Below are positions 20,314 to 30,537 of a stretch of DNA of 64,000 bases, in pieces. The position numbers were made by a program, and so were the translations under genes. The stretch's first letter is position 1. Every line of letters begins with the position of its first letter. Below the pieces are notes generated by a model that saw only the letters and a program-made list of their open reading frames with translations, did not search any database and was not told the origin of the DNA. The DNA comes from an uncultured Alphaproteobacteria bacterium (GTDB lineage Bacteria > Pseudomonadota > Alphaproteobacteria > Rhizobiales > Beijerinckiaceae). The stretch spans positions 120,395 to 184,394 of the forward strand of contig CAWELW010000002.1 of the NCBI GenBank assembly GCA_963809985.1, read 5' to 3'.

Positions 20314-20847
20314 ATGTCGCGAGTCGGAAAGAAGCCTGTCGCCATACCCGCCGGCGTGACGGCGAAGGTCGAAGGCCAAGCGATTTCGATCAAAGGTGCG
20401 AAAGGCGAATTGCGCTTCGTCGCGCCGAACGACGTCAACGTGAGTTTCGCTGAAAATCGAATCAAGGTGGAACCGCGCGATGAGACGAAGCGTGCGCGCG
20501 CCATGTGGGGCATGACCCGTGCCATGGTGAACAATCTCGTCGCCGGCGTCTCGAAGGGCTTCGAGAAGAGGCTCGAAATCACCGGCGTCGGCTACAGGGC
20601 GGCGGTGTCCGGCAAGAATCTGCAATTGTCGCTCGGCTATAGCCACGACGTGCAATTTCCGATTCCGCAAGGAATAGCGATCGTGACACCGAAGCCGACG
20701 GAAGTCACGATCACTGGCATCGACAAGCGCCAAGTCGGCCAGGTCGCCGCCGAAATCCGTGCCTTGCGACCACCGGAGCCCTACAAGGGCAAGGGTGTCA
20801 GATATGCCGGCGAATTCATTTTCCGTAAGGAAGGCAAGAAGAAGTGA
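20314..20847 (+). CDS. rplF: 50S ribosomal protein L6
   Basis: [15 protein letters not shown]..., 177 aa. Confidence 0.97.
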   Translation: MSRVGKKPVAIPAGVTAKVEGQAISIKGAKGELRFVAPNDVNVSFAENRIKVEPRDETKRARAMWGMTRAMVNNLVAGVSKGFEKRLEITGVGYRAAVSGKNLQLSLGYSHDVQFPIPQGIAIVTPKPTEVTITGIDKRQVGQVAAEIRALRPPEPYKGKGVRYAGEFIFRKEGKKK

Positions 20848-20883
20848 TCGCGGCTCAAGCCGCACGATCATGAGGAGCATGAG

Positions 20884-21246
20884 ATGGTGAAGTCAAACGA
20901 GGCGGAGGCCCGCCGCAAGGCGCGCGTGAGGCGCACGGTCAAGGCGCGCGCTCATGGCAAGCCGCGTCTCTCCGTTCACCGTTCTTCGAAACAGATCTAT
21001 TGCCAGATCATCGATGATAGGGAAGGACGCACGCTCGTCTCGGCCTCCTCGCTCGAGAAGGCAAATCGCGAGAGCTTGAAGACAGGTGCGACCGTCGAGG
21101 CGGCGCGGGTCATCGGCCAGCAGCTTGCGGAGCGGGCGGTCGCGGCCGGGATCAAAGAGGTCGTGTTCGATCGCGGTGCTTACATGTACCATGGCCGCGT
21201 CAAGGCGCTGGCCGAAGGGGCCCGCGAAGGCGGCCTGCAGTTCTAG
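20884..21246 (+). CDS. rplR: 50S ribosomal protein L18
   Basis: 120 aa, ending ...[19 protein letters not shown]. Correct operon position. Confidence 0.96.
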   Translation: MVKSNEAEARRKARVRRTVKARAHGKPRLSVHRSSKQIYCQIIDDREGRTLVSASSLEKANRESLKTGATVEAARVIGQQLAERAVAAGIKEVVFDRGAYMYHGRVKALAEGAREGGLQF

Positions 21247-21317
21247 GGGTTTAAGGACATCAGAAGTTGCCGTGCGCTGTGGGCGGCTTCTGGGGAAATG
21301 AAAGGCAACATGGGTTC

Positions 21318-21356
21318 ATGCGCATAGCTTCTCTCGTTGAGAGAAGCTATGCGCAT
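21318..21356. repeat. Perfect 18-bp inverted repeat (hairpin, 3-nt loop) in the rplR-rpsE spacer
   Basis: ATGCGCATAGCTTCTCTC (21318-21335), loop GTT, GAGAGAAGCTATGCGCAT (21339-21356). No T-tract follows. Confidence 0.9.
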
Positions 21357-21414
21357 CCTATTCGAAGCGAGCGGCCGGCTCCAAGGTCGACCGCGCAAGT
21401 GACGGAAAGACAAA

Positions 21415-21990
21415 ATGGCACGTGAACATGAAGGCGGCCGCGGACGGGACCGCGACCGGGACGAACGCGACAGCGAATTTGTGGATCGGCTGGTCCACAT
21501 CAATCGCGTCGCCAAAGTCGTGAAAGGCGGCCGCCGCTTCGGCTTTGCCGCGCTCGTCGTCGTCGGCGATCAAAAAGGCCGGGTCGGATTTGGCCACGGC
21601 AAGGCTCGCGAAGTGCCGGAGGCCATCCGCAAGGCCACCGAATCGGCAAAGCGCTCGCTGATCCGGGTGCCATTGCGTGAAGGGCGTACGCTGCATCACG
21701 ACGTTAACGGGCGCCATGGTGCCGGCAGTGTCGTGCTCCGCGCGGCGCCTCCGGGCACCGGTATCATCGCCGGCGGACCGATGCGCGCTGTCTTCGAGAC
21801 CCTCGGCATGCACGACGTCGTGGCAAAATCGCAAGGCTCGTCCAATCCCTACAATATGGTGCGGGCGACCTTCGACGCCCTACAAAAGGAAGATTCGCCG
21901 CGTGCGGTCGCAGCTCGGCGCAGCCTCAAGGTCTCGGTCTTGCAAGCTCGCCGCCAAGGCGGCGAGACAGAAAACGCAGCGGAAGCGTGA
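21415..21990 (+). CDS. rpsE: 30S ribosomal protein S5
   Basis: 191 aa, ...[22 protein letters not shown].... Arg/Asp-rich N-terminus. Confidence 0.97.
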   Translation: MAREHEGGRGRDRDRDERDSEFVDRLVHINRVAKVVKGGRRFGFAALVVVGDQKGRVGFGHGKAREVPEAIRKATESAKRSLIRVPLREGRTLHHDVNGRHGAGSVVLRAAPPGTGIIAGGPMRAVFETLGMHDVVAKSQGSSNPYNMVRATFDALQKEDSPRAVAARRSLKVSVLQARRQGGETENAAEA

Positions 21991-21998
21991 GGTGCAGC

Positions 21999-22193
21999 AT
22001 GAGCCAGTCTCAAACCAGAATCACGCTGGAACAGATCAAGAGCCCGATCGGCCGTCCGGCCGAGCAACGCGCGACGCTGGTCGGTTTGCGCTTGAACAAG
22101 ATCGGGCGGCGCTCGTCACTGACGGACACACCAGCGGTTCGCGGCATGATCGCCAAAGTGGCGCATCTCGTTCGCATCGTCGAAGGGGAGTAA
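21999..22193 (+). CDS. rpmD: 50S ribosomal protein L30
   Basis: [19 protein letters not shown]..., 64 aa. GAGG lies 6 nt upstream. ATG chosen inside ORF 21987-22193. Confidence 0.95.
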   Translation: MSQSQTRITLEQIKSPIGRPAEQRATLVGLRLNKIGRRSSLTDTPAVRGMIAKVAHLVRIVEGE

Positions 22194-22199
22194 ACGGCG

Positions 22200-22685
22200 A
22201 TGAAGCTCAACGATATTTCGGATAATGCCGGCTCCTCCAAGACGCGCATGCGGGTCGGGCGGGGCATCGGCTCGGGCAAAGGCAAGACCGGCGGGCGGGG
22301 CGTGAAAGGCCAAAAGGCGCGCACCGGCGTGGCGATCAAGGGTTTCGAAGGCGGCCAGATGCCCTTGCATCGGCGCTTGCCGAAGCGTGGTTTCAAGCCG
22401 CCTTTCGCAATCAATTACAATGAAGTCAACATCGGGCGTATCCAGGCCGCGGTCGATGCCGGCAAATTGTCGCGCGAAGCGCCGATCACAGCGGGGACGC
22501 TCGTCGAAGCCGGGCTGTGCGCCAAGCTGCGTGACGGCGTCAAGATTCTCGGCATGGGCGATCTCACCGCAAAACTCGCGTTTCAGGTGGCCGCGGCTTC
22601 GAAGAGCGCCGTAGCAGCGATCGAAAAGGCCGGCGGATCAATCACTTTGCTCTCCGTTTCTGGAGCTGACACGGAAACTGCCTGA
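22200..22685 (+). CDS. rplO: 50S ribosomal protein L15
   Basis: [34 protein letters not shown]..., 161 aa. Confidence 0.97.
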   Translation: MKLNDISDNAGSSKTRMRVGRGIGSGKGKTGGRGVKGQKARTGVAIKGFEGGQMPLHRRLPKRGFKPPFAINYNEVNIGRIQAAVDAGKLSREAPITAGTLVEAGLCAKLRDGVKILGMGDLTAKLAFQVAAASKSAVAAIEKAGGSITLLSVSGADTETA

Positions 22686-22967
22686 ATTCCCAGCAAGCCG
22701 GTGGAAGGTTTGATTGAATTTCGGTAATCCTTCGCTGCTGGACGGATCGAAGTCTGATGCCAGCGTGGCGGCGACTGCGGGTCGGAAGGCTCAAAAACCC
22801 GGCCAGGGAGGCCCATATTGGGCTGAAGCGTCCGGCTAAAGGCGTCGCGCCGCACCCCACAGAGATTGTTTGCACCGAGCCGCGAAATACACGATCAATC
22901 GGGCTCGTGGCACGGTTGAACATTCCTCGAGAATACCCGGCACGTCCTCTGCCGGTTGGAGCTATAT

Positions 22968-24302
22968 ATGGCATCTGCCGCTGAACAGCTTGCCGCCAAT
23001 GTGAACTGGGCCGCTTTCGGCAAGGCCGAAGAGCTGCATAAGCGCCTCTGGTTTACGCTTGGCGCCTTGATCATCTATCGGCTCGGCACCTACATCCCTC
23101 TGCCGGGGATCGATCCCGCCGCATTCGAGGCGAATTTCACCGGCAATCGGCAAGGCGTCCTCGAGCTTTTCAATATGTTCGCCGGCGGCGCCGTGCAGCG
23201 CATGGCGATCTTCGCCTTGAGCATCATGCCTTATATTTCCGCCTCGATCATCATTCAGCTCTTGACGACGGTTTTTCCGACGCTCGAAGCGCTGAAGAAG
23301 GAGGGCGAGGCGGGCCGCAAGGTCATCAATCAATATACGCGCTATTTGACGGTCGTCATAGCCGCTTTCCAGGCCTATGCCATCGCCATCGGCCTCCAGA
23401 GCCAGCCCGGAGTCGTAACCGAACCTGGGATTCTCTTCACCATATCGGCCGTCTTGAGTTTGATGGGCGGGACGATGTTCCTGATGTGGCTCGGCGAGCA
23501 GATTACCTCGCGCGGCATAGGCAACGGATCGTCCCTGATCATTTTTGCGGGCATTGTTGCGGCCTTTCCTTCGGCGATCGTCAACACGCTCGAACTCGGC
23601 CGGCAGGGCGCGCTGTCGACCCCGGTCATTATTGCGGTCATGCTCATGGCAATCGCGGTGATTGCCTTCATCGTCTTTTTCGAGCGGGCACAGCGGCGGC
23701 TCGTCATCACTTATCCGAAGCGCCAGCAGGGCAACCGGGTCTACGAAGGGCAGACGTCGTTTCTGCCGTTGAAGCTCAATACGTCCGGTGTCATTCCACC
23801 GATCTTTGCGTCGTCGCTTCTGCTTTTGCCGACGACTGTCGCCAATTTTTCAAGCGGTCAGGGCGGCACTGGCTTCTTGGCGATGATCTCGACCTATCTC
23901 GGCCACGGTCGCCCCCTCTATATGGTTGCCTACGTCGGTCTCATTGTGTTTTTCACATTTTTTTACACGGCCATCGTGTTCAACCCGACTGAAACCGCGG
24001 ATAATCTGAAGAAACATGGAGGGTTCATCCCGGGTATTCGACCTGGCGAGCGCACCGCCCAGTTTATAGACAAAATCCTGATGCGAATCACGGTCGTCGG
24101 CGCCGCCTACCTCGCGGTGATTTGCCTGTTGCCCGAAATGCTGATTTCTTATACAGGCGTGCCATTCTACTTTGGCGGAACATCGCTGCTCATCGTCGTC
24201 AGCGTCACCATGGACACGGTCGCTCAAATCCACGGCCACCTTCAAGCGCATCAATATGAAGGACTGGTCAAGAAAGCTAAATTGCGGGGGAAACGAAGAT
24301 GA
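22968..24302 (+). CDS. secY: Preprotein translocase subunit SecY
   Basis: 444 aa polytopic membrane protein, MASAAEQLA...[11 protein letters not shown].... GGAG lies 6 nt before ATG 22968. Confidence 0.97.
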   Translation: MASAAEQLAANVNWAAFGKAEELHKRLWFTLGALIIYRLGTYIPLPGIDPAAFEANFTGNRQGVLELFNMFAGGAVQRMAIFALSIMPYISASIIIQLLTTVFPTLEALKKEGEAGRKVINQYTRYLTVVIAAFQAYAIAIGLQSQPGVVTEPGILFTISAVLSLMGGTMFLMWLGEQITSRGIGNGSSLIIFAGIVAAFPSAIVNTLELGRQGALSTPVIIAVMLMAIAVIAFIVFFERAQRRLVITYPKRQQGNRVYEGQTSFLPLKLNTSGVIPPIFASSLLLLPTTVANFSSGQGGTGFLAMISTYLGHGRPLYMVAYVGLIVFFTFFYTAIVFNPTETADNLKKHGGFIPGIRPGERTAQFIDKILMRITVVGAAYLAVICLLPEMLISYTGVPFYFGGTSLLIVVSVTMDTVAQIHGHLQAHQYEGLVKKAKLRGKRR

Positions 24303-24898
24303 GGCTTATTCTGCTGGGACCGCCCGGAGCGGGGAAGGGAACGCAAGCGGCTCGGCTTATTGAGAAGCTCAGCATTCCGCAACTTTCCACCGGGGACATG
24401 CTGCGCGCGGCGGTCAAAGCCGGGACGCCGATCGGGCTCAAGGCGAAATCGATCATGGATGCCGGCGGCCTCGTGTCTGACGAGGTCGTAGTGGGCATCG
24501 TCGCAGACCGAATCGAAGAGCCAGATGCGGCGAAAGGCTTCATCCTCGACGGCTTCCCGCGCACCGTCGCTCAAGCCCAGGCGCTCGATGAAATGCTCCA
24601 TGCCAAACACATGGAACTCGATGCAGTGATCGAGCTGAAGGTCGACGAATCCCGCCTGTTGGCGCGGATCGAGAAGAGAGCCAGGGAAACGGTCGCGGCC
24701 GGCGGCACAGTACGTGCCGACGACAATCCCGAGGCGTTCAAGAAGAGGCTCGAAGCCTACCATGCCCAAACGGCGCCGGTTTCGGCCTATTACGCTAAGA
24801 AAGGCGAATTGAAGCTCGTCGACGGGATGGCGCCGATCGAAGACGTGACCGCCGCGATCGACGAAGTTCTCGCGGCCATTGCGAGAGCGGGACCCTGA
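24299..24898 (+). CDS. adk: Adenylate kinase
   Basis: [17 protein letters not shown]..., 199 aa. ATGA overlap with the secY stop. Confidence 0.97.
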   Translation: MRLILLGPPGAGKGTQAARLIEKLSIPQLSTGDMLRAAVKAGTPIGLKAKSIMDAGGLVSDEVVVGIVADRIEEPDAAKGFILDGFPRTVAQAQALDEMLHAKHMELDAVIELKVDESRLLARIEKRARETVAAGGTVRADDNPEAFKKRLEAYHAQTAPVSAYYAKKGELKLVDGMAPIEDVTAAIDEVLAAIARAGP

Positions 24899-24981
24899 AA
24901 GCGCGGATCTCTACCAAAAAACTGTTGACGGATGTCTCCGCTGACACTACAAGCGCCAATTCCCGCCTGTGATGAGCGAAG

Positions 24982-25011
24982 CCGGACGACCGTAAACGGT
25001 GTCCGGTTTTT
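24982..25011 (+). terminator. Rho-independent terminator-like hairpin between adk and rpsM
   Basis: CCGGACGACCG, loop TAAA, CGGTGTCCGG: a 10-bp stem with one bulged G. Followed by TTTTT (25007-25011). Confidence 0.6.
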
Positions 25012-25101
25012 GGTCGTTTTGGGCCCCCGCAAGGGCCGGGCTCCACCGGACGCGGGGAAATCGCCGCCCCCGATGACAGGGCGGCCTCATGGAGAGGTTT
25101 T

Positions 25102-25470
25102 GTGGCTCGTATCGCAGGCGTCAATATTCCAACGAACAAGCGCGTCGTTATCGCGCTCCAATATATCCACGGGATCGGTCCTAAGAAAGCACAAGAAATT
25201 TGCGCCAAGGTGCAAATTCCGGCGCAGCGGCGGGTCTTCGAACTGTCTGACGCCGACGTTCTGCAGATCCGCGAGGCAATTGATCGCGACTATATCGTCG
25301 AGGGTGATCTGCGCCGCGAAGTGGCGATGAATATCAAACGTTTGATGGATCTCGGCTGCTACCGCGGCTTGCGCCATAGACGCCAGCTTCCGGTGCGCGG
25401 TCAGCGTACGCACACGAATGCGCGGACCCGCAAAGGCAAGGCCAAGCCGATCGCCGGCAAGAAAAAGTAG
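25102..25470 (+). CDS. rpsM: 30S ribosomal protein S13
   Basis: GTG start, [15 protein letters not shown]..., 122 aa. GGAGAGG upstream. Confidence 0.97.
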   Translation: MARIAGVNIPTNKRVVIALQYIHGIGPKKAQEICAKVQIPAQRRVFELSDADVLQIREAIDRDYIVEGDLRREVAMNIKRLMDLGCYRGLRHRRQLPVRGQRTHTNARTRKGKAKPIAGKKK

Positions 25471-25720
25471 ACCCTGGCGGGAATGTGGCGGCCGCCTCCA
25501 AAGTTTGAAGGTTGGCGCGCAGTCCGGTCGGACGATGCATCGACAACAAAGGGTTTTCGGTTTCCGCACGTTCGTCGAATAGCGAAAACCAATAGAGGAT
25601 CATGGTTGCGCGTGCGCCTCGGGCGGCCGCGCATTGCGATTATCCGACGTTTCGATATTCAGCGAAGCACCGGTCTAGCCCCAGCGCCTGGCATTACGGG
25701 CGCGTTCGAAGGATAGAGCA

Positions 25721-26110
25721 ATGGCAAAAGAAGCAGCGCGCGTACGCCGTCGCGAGCGAAAGAACATCGTCTCGGGCGTCGCGCATGTGAACTCAACGTT
25801 CAACAATACCATGATCACCATTTCCGACGCCCAAGGGAATACGATTTCGTGGTCTTCTGCGGGAACGATGGGGTTCAAAGGCTCACGCAAATCGACGCCT
25901 TATGCTGCGCAGATGGCGGCGGAAGACGCAGCGCGCAAAGCGGGGGAACACGGCATGCGCACGCTCGAAGTCGAAGTTTCAGGGCCGGGGTCGGGGCGCG
26001 AATTGGCGCTACGGGCATTACAGGCGGCAGGCTTTACGGTGACATCGATCCGCGACGTAACCCCCATTCCGCACAATGGTTGCCGGCCTCGCAAGCGCCG
26101 CCGCGTTTGA
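25721..26110 (+). CDS. rpsK: 30S ribosomal protein S11
   Basis: 129 aa, ...[18 protein letters not shown].... Confidence 0.97.
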   Translation: MAKEAARVRRRERKNIVSGVAHVNSTFNNTMITISDAQGNTISWSSAGTMGFKGSRKSTPYAAQMAAEDAARKAGEHGMRTLEVEVSGPGSGRELALRALQAAGFTVTSIRDVTPIPHNGCRPRKRRRV

Positions 26111-26201
26111 GCGGGATTTTTGCTCCTTTCGAATGCGCGCGTTTTCCGGCCGCGCCGACAGGACTTCAGGCGGTGCGAGCGCCTCAAAATAGGGTGCAAA
26201 C

Positions 26202-27218
26202 GTGATTCAGAAGAATTGGCAGGAACTCATCAAGCCGAGCAAGCTCGAAGTGACATCGGGCGATGATGCGAAGCGGTTTGCCTCGATCATCGCCGAACCG
26301 CTCGAACGGGGCTTTGGACTGACGCTCGGCAATTCGCTGCGGCGCGTTCTTTTGTCGTCGCTTCAAGGAGCTGCGATCACTTCGGTTCACATCGACGGCG
26401 TGCTGCACGAATTCTCGTCGATTCCAGGCGTGCGTGAGGATGTGACCGATATCGTCCTCAATATCAAGGATATCGCCATCAGGATGCTGGGCGATGGCCC
26501 GAAGCGCATGGTGTTGAAGAAGCAGGGACCGGGCAAAGTGACCGCCGGCGACATCAGCACCGTCGGCGATGTTCAGGTCCTCAATCCGGGCCTCGTGATT
26601 TGCACGCTCGACGAGGGCGCAGAGATTCGTATGGAATTCACGGTGAATACTGGCAAGGGTTATGTCGTTGCCGAACGCAACCGTGGAGAGGATGCCCCGA
26701 TCGGGCTGATCCCGGTCAATTCGCTTTATTCGCCCGTCAAGAAAGTGAGCTATCGCGTCGAAAATACCCGCGAAGGGCAAATTCTCGACTATGACAAGCT
26801 GACCATGCAGATCGAGACCAACGGGGCGATCACGCCGGAAGATGCGGTCGCGTACTCCGCCCGTATTTTGCAGGATCAGCTCAACGTCTTTGTCAATTTC
26901 GAAGAGCCGCGGCGCGAAGAAGTGGCGCCGTCCATCCCCGAACTCGCATTCAATCCGGCTTTGCTCAAGAAGGTTGATGAACTCGAACTTTCAGTGCGTT
27001 CGGCGAACTGCTTGAAGAACGATAATATCATATACATAGGCGATCTCATCCAGAAGACTGAGGCCGAAATGTTGCGGACGCCGAATTTCGGCCGCAAGTC
27101 CTTAAACGAGATCAAAGAGGTCCTCGCCCAAATGGGTCTCCACCTCGGCATGGAAGTGACCGGTTGGCCGCCGGAAAATATTGACGATCTCGCCAAACGC
27201 TTTGAAGAACATTATTGA
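26202..27218 (+). CDS. rpoA: DNA-directed RNA polymerase subunit alpha
   Basis: GTG start, [12 protein letters not shown]..., 338 aa. C-terminal domain contains [12 protein letters not shown]. Confidence 0.97.
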   Translation: MIQKNWQELIKPSKLEVTSGDDAKRFASIIAEPLERGFGLTLGNSLRRVLLSSLQGAAITSVHIDGVLHEFSSIPGVREDVTDIVLNIKDIAIRMLGDGPKRMVLKKQGPGKVTAGDISTVGDVQVLNPGLVICTLDEGAEIRMEFTVNTGKGYVVAERNRGEDAPIGLIPVNSLYSPVKKVSYRVENTREGQILDYDKLTMQIETNGAITPEDAVAYSARILQDQLNVFVNFEEPRREEVAPSIPELAFNPALLKKVDELELSVRSANCLKNDNIIYIGDLIQKTEAEMLRTPNFGRKSLNEIKEVLAQMGLHLGMEVTGWPPENIDDLAKRFEEHY

Positions 27219-27310
27219 AGGATGATCGCCTGTTCCCGTGTTCGAAAGAGCTCGGGAAAGGGCAGCGGCCGTACCTTGGCACGGCGGCCGCATAAGAAAC
27301 GGAGAGAGCC

Positions 27311-27730
27311 ATGTATCACGGTCGCGCCAAACGCCGCTTCAACCGTACCCACGAACATCGCAAAGCGATGTTCGCCAATATGTCGCAAGCGTTGATCAAG
27401 CACGAGCAAATCGTCACGACCTTGCCGAAGGCCAAGGATCTGCGCCCGGTGGTCGAAAAACTCGTGACGCTCGGCAAGCGCGGTGATCTCCATGCCCGAC
27501 GCCAAGCCATCGCCCAGATCAAGGATGTCGATCTCGTCAAGAAACTGTTCGACGTCTTGGGCCCGCGCTACAAGGACCGCAACGGCGGCTATACGCGCGT
27601 CCTCAAGGCCGGCTTCCGCTATGGCGATAATGCCGCCATGGCGGTCATCGAATTCGTCGATCGCGACGAAGACGCCAAAGGCAAGGATTCGGGACCCGAG
27701 CCCGAAGCTCAGGGCGAAGCAGCCGCTTAG
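27311..27730 (+). CDS. rplQ: 50S ribosomal protein L17
   Basis: [24 protein letters not shown]..., 139 aa. Confidence 0.96.
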   Translation: MYHGRAKRRFNRTHEHRKAMFANMSQALIKHEQIVTTLPKAKDLRPVVEKLVTLGKRGDLHARRQAIAQIKDVDLVKKLFDVLGPRYKDRNGGYTRVLKAGFRYGDNAAMAVIEFVDRDEDAKGKDSGPEPEAQGEAAA

Positions 27731-27981
27731 GTAATACGCAAGAAAAAACGGATCGATCGCACGTCATGGCCAGGCTTGTCCCACGCGTTCCGATTCGTGT
27801 GGCCCTTCGAGCTCGGATGGACTTGATTGCAATTAGTTTCAAAGCATCGCGGCTGCAGGCGGACACGGTATCGTGGCGCATTCCCCCTCCCGTTTGTGGG
27901 AAGCTGGGCGCAAACGGGCACACTTAATCTTGCGTATCATCTAAGTTCCCGCACCTCCGTGAGCTCACGAACGGGGAAGGC

Positions 27982-29406
27982 ATGAACCGAAAGACGACCC
28001 TTCTCCTGTTATGCTTCTGTGCGGTGATGCTCGCCGGGTCGATCGCGGCTCCCTCGAGCCGGGGCGAAGCTCCGCGTGAGACGCCGGCAAGCCGCGCCGA
28101 AGTCATTTATTCTTTCGCCCCGGTCGTGAAAAAGGCGCAGCCTGCCGTCGTCAATGTTTTCGCGTCGCGGACCGACCGGCGGCCACGCAATCCTTTATTC
28201 GACGATCCGATTTTCCGGCATTTCTTCGGCGACCAGGGCAATGGTCGCCCAGGCGGCCCGACGGCGCAATCGCTTGGCTCCGGCGTGCTCGTCGATTCCG
28301 CAGGGCTAGTCGTCACCAATTTTCACGTCATCGAAGGCATGACCAACGTCAAGGTCGTCCTGTCCGATCGGCGCGAATTCGAGGCGGAAATTGTGCTGCG
28401 CGACCAGCGCACTGATCTTGCGGTCCTGCGTCTCAAGGGCGGCGCGGATTTCCCCTTCATGGAATTCGGCGACTCGGATTCGCTGCAGGTCGGGGACCTC
28501 GTGCTGGCGATCGGCAATCCGTTCGGCGTCGGACAAACTGTGACGCAGGGCATAATTTCGGCTCTCGCCCGGACACAGGCGGGAATCTCCGATTATGGTT
28601 TTTTCATCCAGACCGATGCATCGATCAATCCCGGCAATTCCGGCGGCGCGCTGGTCGACATGAACGGACGCCTCGCCGGCATCAATTCGGCCATCGTCAC
28701 GCAATCGGGAGGTTCGGTGGGCATCGGCTTTGCAATCCCGGTCAATATGGTGAAGATCGTCGTGGCCGCAGCGAAGACAGGCGGCAAACAGGTCAAACGG
28801 CCCTGGTTGGGAGCGAGTTTGCAGCCGGTCACACGCGAGATCGCCGAATCTTTAGGTCTCGATCGCCCTGTCGGAGCGCTCGTCACCGACGTCGTCGGCG
28901 GGGGCCCCGCGGCCGAAGCGGGCCTGCGGCACGGCGACGTCATCACCAACGTCGACGGGCAAGCGGCGGATGATACCGAGGCCGTCCTTTATCGATTTGC
29001 GACGAAGCCGCTCGGCGCGATGGCCCGCATCCGCGTGATCCGCAATGGAAAGCCAGAAGACCTGACCATCAAGCTCGTTGCGGCGCCGGAAATCCCGCCG
29101 CGCGATCCGGTCAAGATCAAAGGCTTTTCGCCTTTCGCCGGAGCGACGGTCGTCAATCTTTCGCCGGCGGTGGCGGAGGAGTTTTCCATCGCCGGGGCAA
29201 AGACCGGCGTCGTCATCAGCGACATTGATGAGGAATCGACGGCGGCCGCGGTCAATCTGCAAAAAGGCGATTTGGTCTTCTTCGTCAACGATACGAAGAT
29301 CGAATCGACCCATGACCTCGAACGCGCCACGCTCGGCCGGCGCTCTTTATGGAAGCTCAGCATCGGCCGAAGCGGCCAAGTGATCAACACGGTGATCAGC
29401 GGATAA
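27982..29406 (+). CDS. Periplasmic serine endoprotease, DegP/HtrA (Do) family, with two PDZ-like regions
   Basis: 474 aa with an N-terminal signal peptide. Catalytic-triad contexts TNFHVI, DLAVLRL and GNSGGAL are present. Confidence 0.92.
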   Translation: MNRKTTLLLLCFCAVMLAGSIAAPSSRGEAPRETPASRAEVIYSFAPVVKKAQPAVVNVFASRTDRRPRNPLFDDPIFRHFFGDQGNGRPGGPTAQSLGSGVLVDSAGLVVTNFHVIEGMTNVKVVLSDRREFEAEIVLRDQRTDLAVLRLKGGADFPFMEFGDSDSLQVGDLVLAIGNPFGVGQTVTQGIISALARTQAGISDYGFFIQTDASINPGNSGGALVDMNGRLAGINSAIVTQSGGSVGIGFAIPVNMVKIVVAAAKTGGKQVKRPWLGASLQPVTREIAESLGLDRPVGALVTDVVGGGPAAEAGLRHGDVITNVDGQAADDTEAVLYRFATKPLGAMARIRVIRNGKPEDLTIKLVAAPEIPPRDPVKIKGFSPFAGATVVNLSPAVAEEFSIAGAKTGVVISDIDEESTAAAVNLQKGDLVFFVNDTKIESTHDLERATLGRRSLWKLSIGRSGQVINTVISG

Positions 29407-29441
29407 CCGGCCTCGCAAATCTTTCGAGTGCGCCGCGGCGT

Positions 29442-30101
29442 TCAGGCCGCCTTGCAGTCCGACTGACCAAAGAGCTTCAGCCGCGCAAGCCGCCGCCGCA
29501 AAGAAGCCCAAAGCTGCCGCATTTCTTCTGCCGCGGCACCTGTCGGATCTATCTCCGTCGGTCCCAAGCCGCGACGGATGGCTTCTTGATAATCGACCCG
29601 CGACGATATCAGTGGGCGCAGAAGTCCGCCCATGGCTTCCAGTGCCGCGGCGCCATCTTGGACACGGCGGTTGCCCTGCAAGATAGGGCACTGATTGAGC
29701 ACGAAGACATATTCTTTTCCAAGCTCTTTGGCGCGGCAGCGCGTAACTTCGCTGGACCAGATGTCGAAGACGGTCGGCCGAACCGGAATGATGATGAGAT
29801 CGGCGGAAGTCATTGCGGCTTCAGCAGCGACGGAATAAGTCGCGGGGGTGTCGATGATTACCAAAGTAATACTGCTTTGCGCAAGCGCGCCGAGTGCAGC
29901 AGGCAATTTACTCGCCGTAACCGCTTCGACGCCGAGATTTTCGTCGTACCAATTCGCCGCCCATGTCGTCAGTGATTTTTGCGGGTCCATATCGAGCAAG
30001 AAGACGCGCTCGCGTCGTTCTTGCGCCGCGACGGCAACACCGGCCGAAAGCGTGCTCTTGCCGGAACCGCCTTTCTGTGTGACGAAGGCTATCGTGCGCA
30101 T
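29442..30101 (-). CDS. Small ParA/MinD-superfamily ATPase (type Ib ParA-like), copy 1
   Basis: MRTIAFVTQKGGSGKST (deviant Walker A), DMDPQKS, IIDTP; 219 aa. ATG 30101 with GAGG 6 nt upstream. The in-frame upstream extension to 30434 is judged non-coding. Confidence 0.88.
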   Translation of the reverse strand: MRTIAFVTQKGGSGKSTLSAGVAVAAQERRERVFLLDMDPQKSLTTWAANWYDENLGVEAVTASKLPAALGALAQSSITLVIIDTPATYSVAAEAAMTSADLIIIPVRPTVFDIWSSEVTRCRAKELGKEYVFVLNQCPILQGNRRVQDGAAALEAMGGLLRPLISSRVDYQEAIRRGLGPTEIDPTGAAAEEMRQLWASLRRRLARLKLFGQSDCKAA

Positions 30102-30176
30102 CGCGGACCTCGTTTTCCTTTCCCGGGCCGACTGGCCGCGGGCTGATCGAATTCGGCGAACATTTTCTTCAAGGAG

Positions 30177-30210
30177 TGTTAACCAAGATGATGAGGAAGT
30201 TGTTAACCAA
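30177..30210. repeat. Two direct copies of TGTTAACCAA, 24 bp apart, upstream of parA-like copy 1
   Basis: Copies at 30177-30186 and 30201-30210. Each contains the GTTAAC palindrome. They lie about 75-110 bp upstream of the ATG at 30101. Confidence 0.8.
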
Positions 30211-30537
30211 CGCCTCAATTGGACAGGAGGAGCTTTTTGCGACGCTGAGAGCGTGATTGCATAAGATTGGATCATAATCACGCCTGAAGTCTTTGTTTTG
30301 ACGCATGATCTTATCCGAAGAATCTGCAACTTTCCGGAACTCATGCTTTGGAAGTCGGCGGAGGGATGGTCGACGGACGCTTCAGTCAAACAAAGAATAG
30401 AGCCGAGCCGGTGTTGCTTAAGCACATCGGTCATCTAAGAGATCAGATTAAATAAATAATACAAGTTATTGCTTTGTATATGTATTTTTATAGAGAACTG
30501 CCCGAGGCGGCTTCCGCCGGATGCGAAGGCGGCCTTC

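Noticed and set aside
24925-25011. A small RNA gene defined by a TTGACG-N17-TACAAG promoter-like element followed by the 24982-25011 terminator
   Set aside because: The -10 element is poor. The terminator is explained more simply as the end of the spc-secY-adk transcript.
30102-30434. In-frame 111-codon upstream extension of ParA-like copy 1 (the ORF track gives 330 aa)
   Set aside because: The extension is Ser/Leu-rich and runs through the AT-rich spacer. Its paralogue starts at the equivalent MRTIAF with its own SD, and ATG 30101 has GAGG 6 nt upstream.
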